Source: an uncultured candidate division Zixibacteria bacterium (GTDB lineage: Bacteria > Zixibacteria > MSB-5A5 > RBG-16-43-9). From it: a stretch of DNA of 64,000 bases. Location of the stretch: positions 960,001 through 1,024,000 of the forward strand of contig OY970208.1 of assembly GCA_963713865.1 (NCBI GenBank), written 5' to 3'. The notes under the pieces were generated by a model, which had not been told where the DNA came from, did not search any database, and was given only the letters and a program-made list of their open reading frames with translations. Position numbers and translations under genes: made by a program. Numbering within the stretch: position 1 is the first letter of the stretch; each line of letters starts with the position of its first letter. Shown here one piece after another: positions 27,093-36,952 of this stretch.

Positions 27093-27193
27093 ATTGTTAG
27101 CTTCGAGAATTCTCCCCGTAGGAAACTTGAGACTATGCCCGAAACATCAATTAATCCTTTGTTTCCTTCCAGCTTTTTAGTAATATTAATATT

Positions 27194-28326
27194 ATGGTTA
27201 TAGGCATTTATATCCATATTCCTTTCTGCCTTTCCAAATGTCCCTATTGCGATTTCAACTCCATAGTCTATAACTCTGAGCTGGCAGATGAATACGTTAA
27301 ATCTCTTATAAAAGAAATTCAGCTCTTTTCCCAAAATCAAACTGAAAAGCTTATTGCAGAAACTATATTCTTTGGAGGGGGGACCCCTTCGGTTCTGAAA
27401 ACTTCTCAGCTCGGAGACATCTTAGAAAAGCTTTTCACTTCTTTTGGGACTCAAGCTGATTCAGAGGTTAGTTTAGAAGCCAATCCAGGGACTTTGACAA
27501 AGATAAAAACCAAAGAATTAAAAGGATTGGGTTTCAATCGGGTTAGTTTGGGGGCTCAATCGTTTATTGATAAAGAGTTAAAGACATTAAGGAGAGCCCA
27601 TACCAGCAAAGAGGCTATAAAATCATACAAAATTCTAAGAGATTTTTTTGAAAACTTAAGCTTAGATTTGATCTTCGGTATTCCGGGACAGAATTTAATG
27701 ACCTGGAGAAAAAGTTTGAATATGGCTCTTAAGCTTCATCCAGAACATCTCTCGGCTTATAGTCTAACCCTGGAAGAGGGAACCCCTTTCTATTTATTAT
27801 GGAAAGATAAAAAATTAAGTTTACCGGAGGAAGATTCAGTCGTAAAAATGTATCTGGAGGCTATAGGGTTACTTAAATCTTATGGATATAGACATTATGA
27901 GATTCAAATTTTGCTTTAAAGGGTTTTGAATGTCGTCATAATCTCAGGTACTGGGATGGGGCTGAATATATCGGTTTTGGTGCAGGCGCCCATTCTCATC
28001 AAAAGGGAGGAAGATGGGGGAACATCAAAGATATTAATAAATATATTGAGTGCTGCCTAAAGGGTGTTTCAATTAGGGATTTTAAAGAAAGGCTTTCCTC
28101 TACTCAAAAGATAAATGAATTTATCCTTCTGGGGTTAAGAAGAATGGAAGGAATAAACTTGAAAAAAATGAGAGCGAATTTGGATTTTGATCTTGAAAAG
28201 CAGAAAAGATTAGAGATTCGGGACTTGATGAAGGAAAAATTCCTGATCAAGGAAAAGGATAATCTAAGGCTTACACTGAAGGGGATTTTAGTGGCGGATT
28301 CAGTCATTCAAAAACTTAATATGTAA
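27194..28326 (+). CDS. hemW: Radical SAM heme chaperone HemW (1-nt frameshift at ~27903)
   Basis: YIHIPFCLSKCPYCDF, FGGGTPS; adding one T restores YEISNFA and continues to CRHNLRYW..GFGAGAHS. Confidence 0.88.
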
Positions 28327-28327
28327 T

Positions 28328-28357
28328 AAAAAAAAGCCTCCACAGGAGGCTTTTTTT
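28328..28357. terminator. Bidirectional rho-independent terminator
   Basis: A8-GCCTCC-ACA-GGAGGC-T7 between convergent genes. Confidence 0.85.
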
Positions 28358-28379
28358 ATGTTTTTCCAAAAGTAAAATA

Positions 28380-29741
28380 TCAGGGCGCAGTGAAACAATC
28401 AGAATGGAATTTCAAGACCTTTCTTAAGCGGTCATATATAAAACTGTTGTTCAAGGCTGGATATCCAGGATAACCGGAATAGGTTTCAATGGTGATATTG
28501 CTGGCTGGGACTTTATCCACAAGTGCGAGGTAGAATGCTGCTGCCTGTCCCTCGAATCCGAACTCATCCTGCTCCCCACAATCGATATAAAATTTGAGCT
28601 TTTTTATGAGAGTATCACTCGAAGGGAGGTTCGCGATTCTGGTCTTCATATCGTTACTAAGCCATTTCTGCCAGATCACGGAGACTGTATCCCCCAAGGA
28701 ATCAAAGGGAAGGTTTACTCCTCTATCTGAAAAAAGCTCAAAGTTAGTGGTTGTGGGATCAGAAGGGTTATGGGGTGAAAAGGCAACGGCCATAGCGAAG
28801 AAAAGACAGCTCAACCGGTCTAACGTATTCGGGTCAGGATCGATCTGAGAATAACCCTTACCATCTTCATCTACTCCATTTGAATCCATAAATGCAGGTA
28901 TAAAGTCTAAAAGGGACTCAAAGTTCAAAGGTGCAGACATAGCGCTGGCTGAACCAAATACCAGAGGATAATCCGTAGCTATCCTCAATGCTCCATATCC
29001 GCCATTACCATGCCCGGAGATACCAAGATTTTGCTGGAATACGCCCTCTGAAATCTTTATTGAGGTATCCTTCCAGGTAACAACAATAGTGTCTATATCT
29101 ATATATACATGGGTAATTACTGTGTCAATACTGTCTGAGGGGCATGGTCTAGTGGGAACCAGGCAGGTAGTATCATTAATAATGGTTGTCTCTACACTGA
29201 CATAAGATGATTCTTTTTCGACTTCTATATAGCTTATTCCTCTTATCCATTGGCCATAGTTATACAGAATTTTATCCATCAAATCTTGAGTTATATAATC
29301 CTCATATTTCCCGCCGAAGTTAGTAGAGTCTGCAAGAACTGAATTGTTGAAGAAACTGCCTCCGAAGATACCAGCACCATCCGGCATGACGATCATCATT
29401 GGCTGGATCTCTCCTGAGGAGATCATCTGGTCAGCAACGGCTTTTACATTGTAGAAATGCTCATTACTCCATCCATTTTCCTTAAAGCCGTGCAGTAGAA
29501 ACAGCACCGGATATTTATATTTATTAGCTATCCCTTCTTGATAACCTGGAGGCAGGTAAACCAGAAGTGTTCTTCCAGTCGGATCATTCAAAACATTGGT
29601 TAGAGAGGAAGATTCAAAAGTGAACTCGAAAATTCCTCCATTATCAATTCCCATCCTGAGCGGATTTTTCCTCTGGCTACAACCTGAGATTATTAAGAGG
29701 AAAAGGAGGACTAAAAAGATTAGTTTAACTACTTTTCTCAT
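28380..29741 (-). CDS. Lipoprotein with esterase (alpha/beta hydrolase) fold, nucleophile serine absent
   Basis: IISGC lipobox; VYLPPGY, YPVLFLLHG, IVMPD, YIDCGEQDE; GHGNGG in place of GHSMGG. Confidence 0.75.
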   Translation of the reverse strand: MRKVVKLIFLVLLFLLIISGCSQRKNPLRMGIDNGGIFEFTFESSSLTNVLNDPTGRTLLVYLPPGYQEGIANKYKYPVLFLLHGFKENGWSNEHFYNVKAVADQMISSGEIQPMMIVMPDGAGIFGGSFFNNSVLADSTNFGGKYEDYITQDLMDKILYNYGQWIRGISYIEVEKESSYVSVETTIINDTTCLVPTRPCPSDSIDTVITHVYIDIDTIVVTWKDTSIKISEGVFQQNLGISGHGNGGYGALRIATDYPLVFGSASAMSAPLNFESLLDFIPAFMDSNGVDEDGKGYSQIDPDPNTLDRLSCLFFAMAVAFSPHNPSDPTTTNFELFSDRGVNLPFDSLGDTVSVIWQKWLSNDMKTRIANLPSSDTLIKKLKFYIDCGEQDEFGFEGQAAAFYLALVDKVPASNITIETYSGYPGYPALNNSFIYDRLRKVLKFHSDCFTAP

Positions 29742-29755
29742 TTGAACTCTCCTCT

Positions 29756-31180
29756 TTAGAATTTATAGGTTAAGGTGAAATAGGAAGTATGGTTTCCATT
29801 CTCATATCTTCCAGGAAGATTAGTTTGAGAATAGGGGTTTGCATCTTCTGAAGGTTTCAGGAAATTCTGCTGGTAACCGGTGAATTCATAAGAGTATCCT
29901 AACTCAAAAGATTTAAACTTATAACCAACTCCAAGGGTAATACCATTTTTTTCTCCCGAATCGAAGAATAATGGAGTAAGTGTTTCATCCGGGATAGGAG
30001 TAGGGTTCAGGAAATAACCGCCTCTTAGAGCTAAGCTGGTATGAGGTCGATATTCCAAACCAAGGCTGAATCTGGTTACATCTTTCCACTTTAACGGAAT
30101 TGTATATTCTGTAACTTCGTTACCAAATGGGTCCTTCCCATTTTCCTCAAATTTAAGCTCTTTTAAAGTGGACCAGGTAGTAAAGTTTACATCACAAGTC
30201 AAGGTAAGATTAGCATAGGGCATATATGCAATTCCCACTCCAAAGTCTGCCGGGAGTTTAAGCTTAACATCAGAGTCAAGTATAGAGTTCAAAGTAGAAC
30301 CTCTCATATGATTTGCAGCAACTGGATCGATCCGCTGAATCGAATCTGCGGTTAGGGAATCATTGGGGAAATATACAGTAAGCTCTCTGGTTCCGGAAAG
30401 GTTTATAGTTATCGGACTTTTCATAGAAACACCAATCTGAAACTTAGGAGAAGCCTTAAACAATAAACCGATATTACCTCCAAATCCCCAGCCATCCCCT
30501 TCATACAGGTTGTCAACCGGGAAGAGATTATTCGGTGTGTTGTTATAGGGATAAGGGAAGTCTGTAGGGATTAAGTCTAACTTTTTTAAGGTTAAATCTC
30601 CTTTTTGGATACTTATTCCTGCACCAAGGGATAGTTTCCCTTCCATAAACTGCTTGGCTACACTGGGATGAAAGTCCAGAACAGTCAAGTCTACTTCGTG
30701 GTCGTATTCTGGATAAGGAACATTGTTATCATAGCCCCGTGGTGGATCATAAATGTCCCATTTATAACTGTTGCGGTAAGGGATATAGAAAGCCAGGCCG
30801 GTTATAAAACCGTTTAGTTCTGGAAATTTTAAAAAACCGCTGAAACTGGGCAAGAAGAAATTTTTGTCTTCTGGATACCATTTCATACCATTTTTGTAAC
30901 CAACTTCCCAGCCATTATAAGTAACATCCGGGGTAAATTTTGGTCTGGGGCTTAATATCATAAAAGAGAAATTAACCTCAGATTTTGTCTGGAAGGCAAG
31001 ACCAGCCGGATTCCAGTATGTGGCGCTCCAGTCATCCGCTAACCCGCGGAAAGCTCCTCCCAAGCTAAGTGCTTTTGCACCTATACCCGAAGGGGTTAGT
31101 CCAGATGAATATGTTTTTAAAGGATAGATAAGGAGGAATAACAGTAATACAGAAACAATCAGGTTTTTAATTCTCATCAT
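29756..31180 (-). CDS. FadL/OmpP1-family outer-membrane transporter
   Basis: GAKALSLGGAFRGLADDWSATYWNPAGL N-terminal motif, LRGGY, C-terminal YKF; start at MMRIK after GGAG RBS. Confidence 0.85.
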   Translation of the reverse strand: MMRIKNLIVSVLLLFLLIYPLKTYSSGLTPSGIGAKALSLGGAFRGLADDWSATYWNPAGLAFQTKSEVNFSFMILSPRPKFTPDVTYNGWEVGYKNGMKWYPEDKNFFLPSFSGFLKFPELNGFITGLAFYIPYRNSYKWDIYDPPRGYDNNVPYPEYDHEVDLTVLDFHPSVAKQFMEGKLSLGAGISIQKGDLTLKKLDLIPTDFPYPYNNTPNNLFPVDNLYEGDGWGFGGNIGLLFKASPKFQIGVSMKSPITINLSGTRELTVYFPNDSLTADSIQRIDPVAANHMRGSTLNSILDSDVKLKLPADFGVGIAYMPYANLTLTCDVNFTTWSTLKELKFEENGKDPFGNEVTEYTIPLKWKDVTRFSLGLEYRPHTSLALRGGYFLNPTPIPDETLTPLFFDSGEKNGITLGVGYKFKSFELGYSYEFTGYQQNFLKPSEDANPYSQTNLPGRYENGNHTSYFTLTYKF

Positions 31181-31916
31181 CTGCTCCTTGAATTTAAAGG
31201 TTAAATATAAAAGTATTAGCAAAAAAATTAAAAAGCTTCCACCTCCTTTTAATATGACCAAAAAGACCTTATTTTTATTCTTTCTCCTACAACAAAAAAC
31301 TTTTAAGTCTTGAAATTACAACATAACCTTTTTTTTGTCAACTATTTTTTTGGGAATTATTTACAAAATAAAAAAAAGAGGAAAAGTAAAATATTGAGAC
31401 TCTTGAGAAATTATATAGAAAAACAAGTATGCGGTCTTAAATCTCAGTAGTCGAATTTAAAAATAGCTTCAAGAGATTAAGATTATTTTTAATATAAATG
31501 ATAGCATAAAATTTTACATCATATAGACTTACAATAATTAGAGATATAACCTTATTATTTGTTAATAAAATATTTACAAATTTCAATTTTTTACTTGACA
31601 GTTTATATTATTTTATGTTAATATAAGAAAGATAAAATTCAAATTACTGGAAAAACAGATGAAAAGTCTAACTTTTTCTCCGGGTTATAAATTGAATTTA
31701 GGTCTTTTTTCCTAAGTATTTGAAAATTTCATCCCGTTCAGACGGGATGATGAATGGTTGGCTTACTCCTTCATTGAAAGTTAAAAACCAATTTTTTGTT
31801 AGAAAAATTGGAAAGGGTAACTTTTTGTCTTTTCAAAAAACTTTTGGGGATGATTATTCTCCTTATAAATGATGTAAAACAGTATTAAAAATCTTTAATC
31901 TTAAAAGGAGACAGAA

Positions 31917-33497
31917 ATGATCAAGAAACTGATTATATTGGGAATTTTACTATTAGTCAGTGTACCTGCTTTTGGTCAACATCTTGACACTGCCTGGGTG
32001 AGGCTCTACGATGGACCGCAGACGGGGTACGATAGAGCCAAAGCCATAGCAGTAGATGATTCTGGAAATGTCCATGTGACCGGATTTATAGATGCTACTA
32101 AATATGGGGATGGCGGTGATTATGCTACCATAAAATATGACCCAAAAGGGATTAGTCTTTGGCTGGACACCTACAATGGACCAGGAGACTATACAGATGT
32201 GGCTACTGATATAGCCGTAGATGATTCCAGTAATGTTTTTGTGACTGGATATAGTTTTTCCTTACCTCTTCCTCTTGGTTCTGGCGACTATTACACTATT
32301 GGATATGATAAAGATGGTGGCCTTCTCGGTTATGATAGATACGATGGACCAGCAGGAGGCTCTGATCAGGCTCGTGCAATAGCGGTGGATGGTTCGGGGA
32401 ACGTCTATGTGACCGGATATAGCATGGGCGACACAACAGGTTATGATTTTGCCACAATTAAGTACAATCTTTTTCTGTTCAGAACCTGGGTAAAAAGATA
32501 CAGCAGCGGAACAGGAGATACCTGGGATGAAGCCACTGCCATAGCTGTAGATGGTTCAGGCAATGTCTATGTGACAGGGTTTAGTGGTGGTTATCCAAAT
32601 AATAACTATACGACCATAAAATATAATGCTTCAGGAACTCAGCTCTGGGTGGTTGGTTACAATGGACCGGGAAATGGCGAGGATAAAGCTTATGCAATAG
32701 CGGTCGATGGTTCTGGCAATGTTTATGTGACCGGATATAGTGAAGGGAATGGCACAGGAAGAGATTGGGCTACCATAAAGTATAACTCTTCAGGAGTTCA
32801 ACAATGGGTAACAAGATACAACGGACCAGGAAACGGCATGGATGAGGCTACAGCCCTTGCCGTGGATAGTTGTGGCAATGTCTATGTGACTGGAGTTAGC
32901 GAAGGCGACTATCTCACTATAAAGTATAGCCCTTCAGGTAATTTAGCTTGTTCAGCCTTGTATAATGGTCCCGGAAACGGCTTTGACAGAGCTACTGACA
33001 TAGCTTTGGAGGGTTGTAATAATTTCTTTGTTACCGGATATAGTGAAGGCACTGGCACAAACTACGATTATGCAACCATAAGGTATGATTCTTCATGTAA
33101 TCAAATTTGGGTGAGAAGGTATAACGGATCGGGAAACTCGGGTGACGAGGCCAATGCCATAGCCTTCGGTTTTGCTAAAAATCGCTATGGTAATATCTAT
33201 GTAACCGGGTTTAGCACAGTATCATACACGAACTACACCACTATCAGATATGCTCAGTTTAAATGTGGGGATGCCAATTGCAGCGGCAATGTGTCAGTCT
33301 CAGATGTAACTTATTTAATTAACTATTTATTCCAGGGTGGTCCTCCTCCTTGTCCGATTCTTCAATCAGGAGATGCCAATTGCGATGGAACGGTCTCTAT
33401 ATCAGATGTGACTTATTTGATTAATTATCTTTTTAAAGGTGGTCCTCCACCTTGTGATACAAATAATGATGGAGTTCCAGATTGTTATGGTCCGTAG
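31917..33497 (+). CDS. Secreted SBBP-repeat beta-propeller with dockerin-like C-terminus
   Basis: Repeated AIAVDGSGNVYVTG.S..DYATIKY; GDANC.G..SDVTYLINYLF x2. Confidence 0.85.
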   Translation: MIKKLIILGILLLVSVPAFGQHLDTAWVRLYDGPQTGYDRAKAIAVDDSGNVHVTGFIDATKYGDGGDYATIKYDPKGISLWLDTYNGPGDYTDVATDIAVDDSSNVFVTGYSFSLPLPLGSGDYYTIGYDKDGGLLGYDRYDGPAGGSDQARAIAVDGSGNVYVTGYSMGDTTGYDFATIKYNLFLFRTWVKRYSSGTGDTWDEATAIAVDGSGNVYVTGFSGGYPNNNYTTIKYNASGTQLWVVGYNGPGNGEDKAYAIAVDGSGNVYVTGYSEGNGTGRDWATIKYNSSGVQQWVTRYNGPGNGMDEATALAVDSCGNVYVTGVSEGDYLTIKYSPSGNLACSALYNGPGNGFDRATDIALEGCNNFFVTGYSEGTGTNYDYATIRYDSSCNQIWVRRYNGSGNSGDEANAIAFGFAKNRYGNIYVTGFSTVSYTNYTTIRYAQFKCGDANCSGNVSVSDVTYLINYLFQGGPPPCPILQSGDANCDGTVSISDVTYLINYLFKGGPPPCDTNNDGVPDCYGP

Positions 33498-33604
33498 AAC
33501 GGTATTAATAACATAGAGTTGTAATAGAATTAGTCTCAAGGCAGCTCTTTAAAATGTTCCTGATAATTCTGCTGTTTGAGTAAAGCAGAATGTATAAGTA
33601 AGTT

Positions 33605-33637
33605 AAGTAGTGGCGATCCGATTGGTCGCCACTACTT
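33605..33637. repeat. Palindromic hairpin (REP-like or terminator)
   Basis: AAGTAGTGGCGA...TCGCCACTACTT. Confidence 0.55.
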
Positions 33638-33767
33638 GTTTTGGATTTAGTAAACACCAAATTTAAATTCAGATTTCTTGCTAAAAGGTCTTGGTCTTTA
33701 TATATTTGAATTTAGAAATTCGTAATTAGAGACGGCAATCTGTTACAGGCAGATAGAACACTTAGGG

Positions 33768-36605
33768 ATGAAAATGCAACAGGAAATTATAAAGATCAAA
33801 GGTGCCAGGGAGCATAATCTAAAGAATATCGATCTGGAGATACCCAGGAATAAATTAGTGGTTATCACCGGCATCTCCGGTTCGGGTAAATCCTCCTTAG
33901 CTTTTGATACTATCTATGCCGAAGGACAGAGAAGATATGTAGAGTCCCTTTCGGCTTATGCCCGGCAGTTCTTAGGCATGATGGAGAAGCCGGATGTAGA
34001 TTTTATTGAGGGACTTTCACCGGCCATTTCGATTGAACAGAGGAGCGCCTCGAAAAATCCTCGCTCCACAGTTGGCACTATAACCGAAATCTATGATTAT
34101 CTTAGACTTCTTTATGCCAGAGTTGGTGTTCCCTATTGTTACAAATGTGGAAGAGAGATATCCCAACAAACCGCAGAGCAGATCGTGGATGCGGTCTTAT
34201 CTTTGCCTCAGAATAGTAAAATCTGGGTCTTAGCCCCACTGGTCAGGGGAAGAAAGGGTGAATACAAAGACCTTTTCGAAGAAGTGAAAAAGGAAGGGTT
34301 TATCCGGGTCAGGGTAGATGGGAAAATATATGAGATAGAAGAGAAGTTAGAATTAGATAAAAATAAGAAACATAATATTGAGGTTCTGGTTGATAGGTTA
34401 TTGGTAAATAATAAAGTTAGAAAAAGATTAGCAGACTCTATAGAGACAGCTATAAAATTAGGCTCTGGCATAGTTTTGATAGATGTTAATAATAAGGAAG
34501 TATTGACCTTTTCTGAAAAATATGCCTGTCCAAATTGTAATATCAGTTATGAAGAACTGACTCCCCGGATGTTCTCTTTCAACTCACCTTTTGGAGCCTG
34601 CCCTGCCTGTTCAGGTCTGGGAACAAAGATGGAAGTTGACCCTGACCTGGTAGTTCCAAATCCAAAGCTCTCTATTGCCCAGGGAGCAATACTTCCCTGG
34701 GGTGTTCCTTTTGGCAGTTATTATATGCACAAGCTAAGAGGCCTTTCCAGCCATTTTAAATTCAACCTTTATACCCCATTTGAGAAATTGAGCAAGGAAG
34801 CGCAAAAATCGATTTTATATGGCACAAAAGAGGAGTTGAAATTTGAGTGGGAATTTGAAAACGGTAAAGGGAAAGGTGAGTATTTCGGAACCTTCGAGGG
34901 GGTGATACCGAATTTAGAGAGAAGGTATGTTCAAACTGAATCTGAAGGGGTAAGGGAATGGATCCAGAAGTTTATGCGCATAAAACCCTGCTTGGGATGT
35001 GAAGGGGCCAGATTAAAAAAGGAAAGCTTAGCGATCAAAGTTGGAAAATTTTCCATAAGTGAGCTCACCGCTTTTTCCATCAAGCAGACTAAAGAATTTT
35101 TCCATAATCTTTCACTTTCTAAGAAAAGCCAGCAGATTGCTAAACAGATTTTAAAAGAGATAAACGAGAGGTTAGGGTTTCTTATTGATGTGGGTCTGGA
35201 TTATTTAACCTTAGACCGGTCAGCCAGCTCCCTGTCCGGGGGTGAAGCCCAAAGGATAAGGTTAGCTACCCAGATAGGCTCAAGATTAGTCGGGGTATTA
35301 TATATCCTGGACGAGCCATCTATAGGTCTTCATCAGAGGGATAACAAGAGGTTACTTAATACCCTTTTAGGATTAAGGGATTTAGGTAATACAGTCCTGG
35401 TGGTTGAGCATGACCGGGAAACAATCGAGACGTCGGATTATGTAATAGATTTAGGTCCTGGTGCTGGTAAAAAGGGAGGGGAAGTAGTTGCCTGTGGTTC
35501 TCCTTTGAGTATCAAAAGAAATAGTAAATCTTTGACCGGGATGTATCTTTCAGGAAAGCTTTCTATTCCTGTTCCAGAAAAAAGAAGGATAGGGAATGGA
35601 GATAGTCTATCCATTGTGGGTGCTTCGGGAAATAATCTTAAAAAGATTAAAGTGGATGTCCCCCTGGGAATTTTTACCTGTATAACCGGTGTATCCGGTT
35701 CTGGAAAATCGACCCTGATTAATGAGACTTTATTTCGTATACTGGCACACTATTTTTATGGATCTAATATACTCCCCCTCAAATATGAGAAGATAACCGG
35801 ACTGGATAAAATAGACAAAGTTATTAATATCGACCAGTCTCCAATCGGAAGAACCCCTCGGTCTAATCCTGCAACTTATACCGGGGTTTTCACTTTTATT
35901 CGCGATCTTTTCTCTCAAGTTCCCGAGGCTAAGGTCAGAGGGTATAAAGCTGGAAGGTTCAGCTTCAACGTCAAAGGAGGGAGGTGTGAGGCTTGCGAAG
36001 GGGACGGGATAATAAAAATCGAGATGCATTTTCTGCCAGATGTTTATGTCCCCTGTGAGGTCTGCAAAGGAAAAAGGTATAATCGTGAAACCCTGGAGAT
36101 AAAATATAAGGGGAAGAATATCGCTGAAGTCCTGGATATGACTGTGGATGAAGCATATTACTTTTTTGAGAATATACCAAATATCCGCAGAAAGCTTTTG
36201 ACCTTGAAAGAAGTTGGGCTTGGCTATATCCATTTAGGCCAATCAGCTACTACCTTATCTGGAGGGGAAGCCCAGAGGGTTAAACTTTCCACTGAGCTTT
36301 CCAAGGTTAGCACTGGCAGGACTTTTTATATCTTGGATGAGCCTACTACCGGCTTACATTTCGAGGATATAAAGATGCTTTTAAAAGTTTTAGACCGGCT
36401 GGTGGAGATGGGAAATACTGTGGTGGTTATCGAGCATAACTTGGATGTGGTTAAAGCGGCAGATCATATCATAGATTTGGGTCCTGAGGGTGGAGACGAG
36501 GGTGGTGAGGTTATCGCCTTTGGCACACCTGAAAAAATAGCACAAAATGGAAGTTCCTATACGGGTAAATTTTTAAAGAAGATTTTAAATCTGAGCGAAA
36601 AATAA
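33768..36605 (+). CDS. uvrA: Excinuclease ABC subunit A
   Basis: [30 protein letters not shown], zinc fingers, two LSGGEAQR motifs. Confidence 0.98.
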   Translation: MKMQQEIIKIKGAREHNLKNIDLEIPRNKLVVITGISGSGKSSLAFDTIYAEGQRRYVESLSAYARQFLGMMEKPDVDFIEGLSPAISIEQRSASKNPRSTVGTITEIYDYLRLLYARVGVPYCYKCGREISQQTAEQIVDAVLSLPQNSKIWVLAPLVRGRKGEYKDLFEEVKKEGFIRVRVDGKIYEIEEKLELDKNKKHNIEVLVDRLLVNNKVRKRLADSIETAIKLGSGIVLIDVNNKEVLTFSEKYACPNCNISYEELTPRMFSFNSPFGACPACSGLGTKMEVDPDLVVPNPKLSIAQGAILPWGVPFGSYYMHKLRGLSSHFKFNLYTPFEKLSKEAQKSILYGTKEELKFEWEFENGKGKGEYFGTFEGVIPNLERRYVQTESEGVREWIQKFMRIKPCLGCEGARLKKESLAIKVGKFSISELTAFSIKQTKEFFHNLSLSKKSQQIAKQILKEINERLGFLIDVGLDYLTLDRSASSLSGGEAQRIRLATQIGSRLVGVLYILDEPSIGLHQRDNKRLLNTLLGLRDLGNTVLVVEHDRETIETSDYVIDLGPGAGKKGGEVVACGSPLSIKRNSKSLTGMYLSGKLSIPVPEKRRIGNGDSLSIVGASGNNLKKIKVDVPLGIFTCITGVSGSGKSTLINETLFRILAHYFYGSNILPLKYEKITGLDKIDKVINIDQSPIGRTPRSNPATYTGVFTFIRDLFSQVPEAKVRGYKAGRFSFNVKGGRCEACEGDGIIKIEMHFLPDVYVPCEVCKGKRYNRETLEIKYKGKNIAEVLDMTVDEAYYFFENIPNIRRKLLTLKEVGLGYIHLGQSATTLSGGEAQRVKLSTELSKVSTGRTFYILDEPTTGLHFEDIKMLLKVLDRLVEMGNTVVVIEHNLDVVKAADHIIDLGPEGGDEGGEVIAFGTPEKIAQNGSSYTGKFLKKILNLSEK

Positions 36606-36952
36606 TAACTAATAACAGATGACGGATAGAACGTAGGGGTGGCACAGCGGTTTTCCCAATTTTTTTAGTAGGGACAGGACATTGTCCTGTCCTTCTTTTT
36701 AACAAACATTCACACACATATATTTAATTGTACCTCATAATTCTTGGTTGACAATTAAAAATTTCTCAATTTATTAAGGGCATAGTCGAGTCTTATCAGA
36801 GGCAGGATGTTATTGGTGGGATGTTTCTCGCATTACCAGGCAGGTAGCTGAAAGCTTTAACTTGCGAAATAAAAAAACGCAGACATAAAACCTGCGGTAT
36901 GAACCGTGAGGTTCATACCTGCGGCTACCCAAGCAGATACCAAAGTTCAGTT

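Noticed and set aside
26950-27910. lepB and hemW frameshifts as part of the CCAGAC pattern
   Set aside because: Their contexts differ (AGATCTGCG; a short T run), so they were treated as independent probable indel errors.
31640-31900. Riboswitch in the long leader of the SBBP gene
   Set aside because: Several hairpins are present (e.g. TCATCCCGT-TCAG-ACGGGATGA) but I recognise no aptamer consensus; an Rfam search would be needed.
36899-36952. N-terminal extension of the first kinase given by the ORF track
   Set aside because: It derives from a hairpin insertion; the paralogue aligns from MISKTISHY at 36953.
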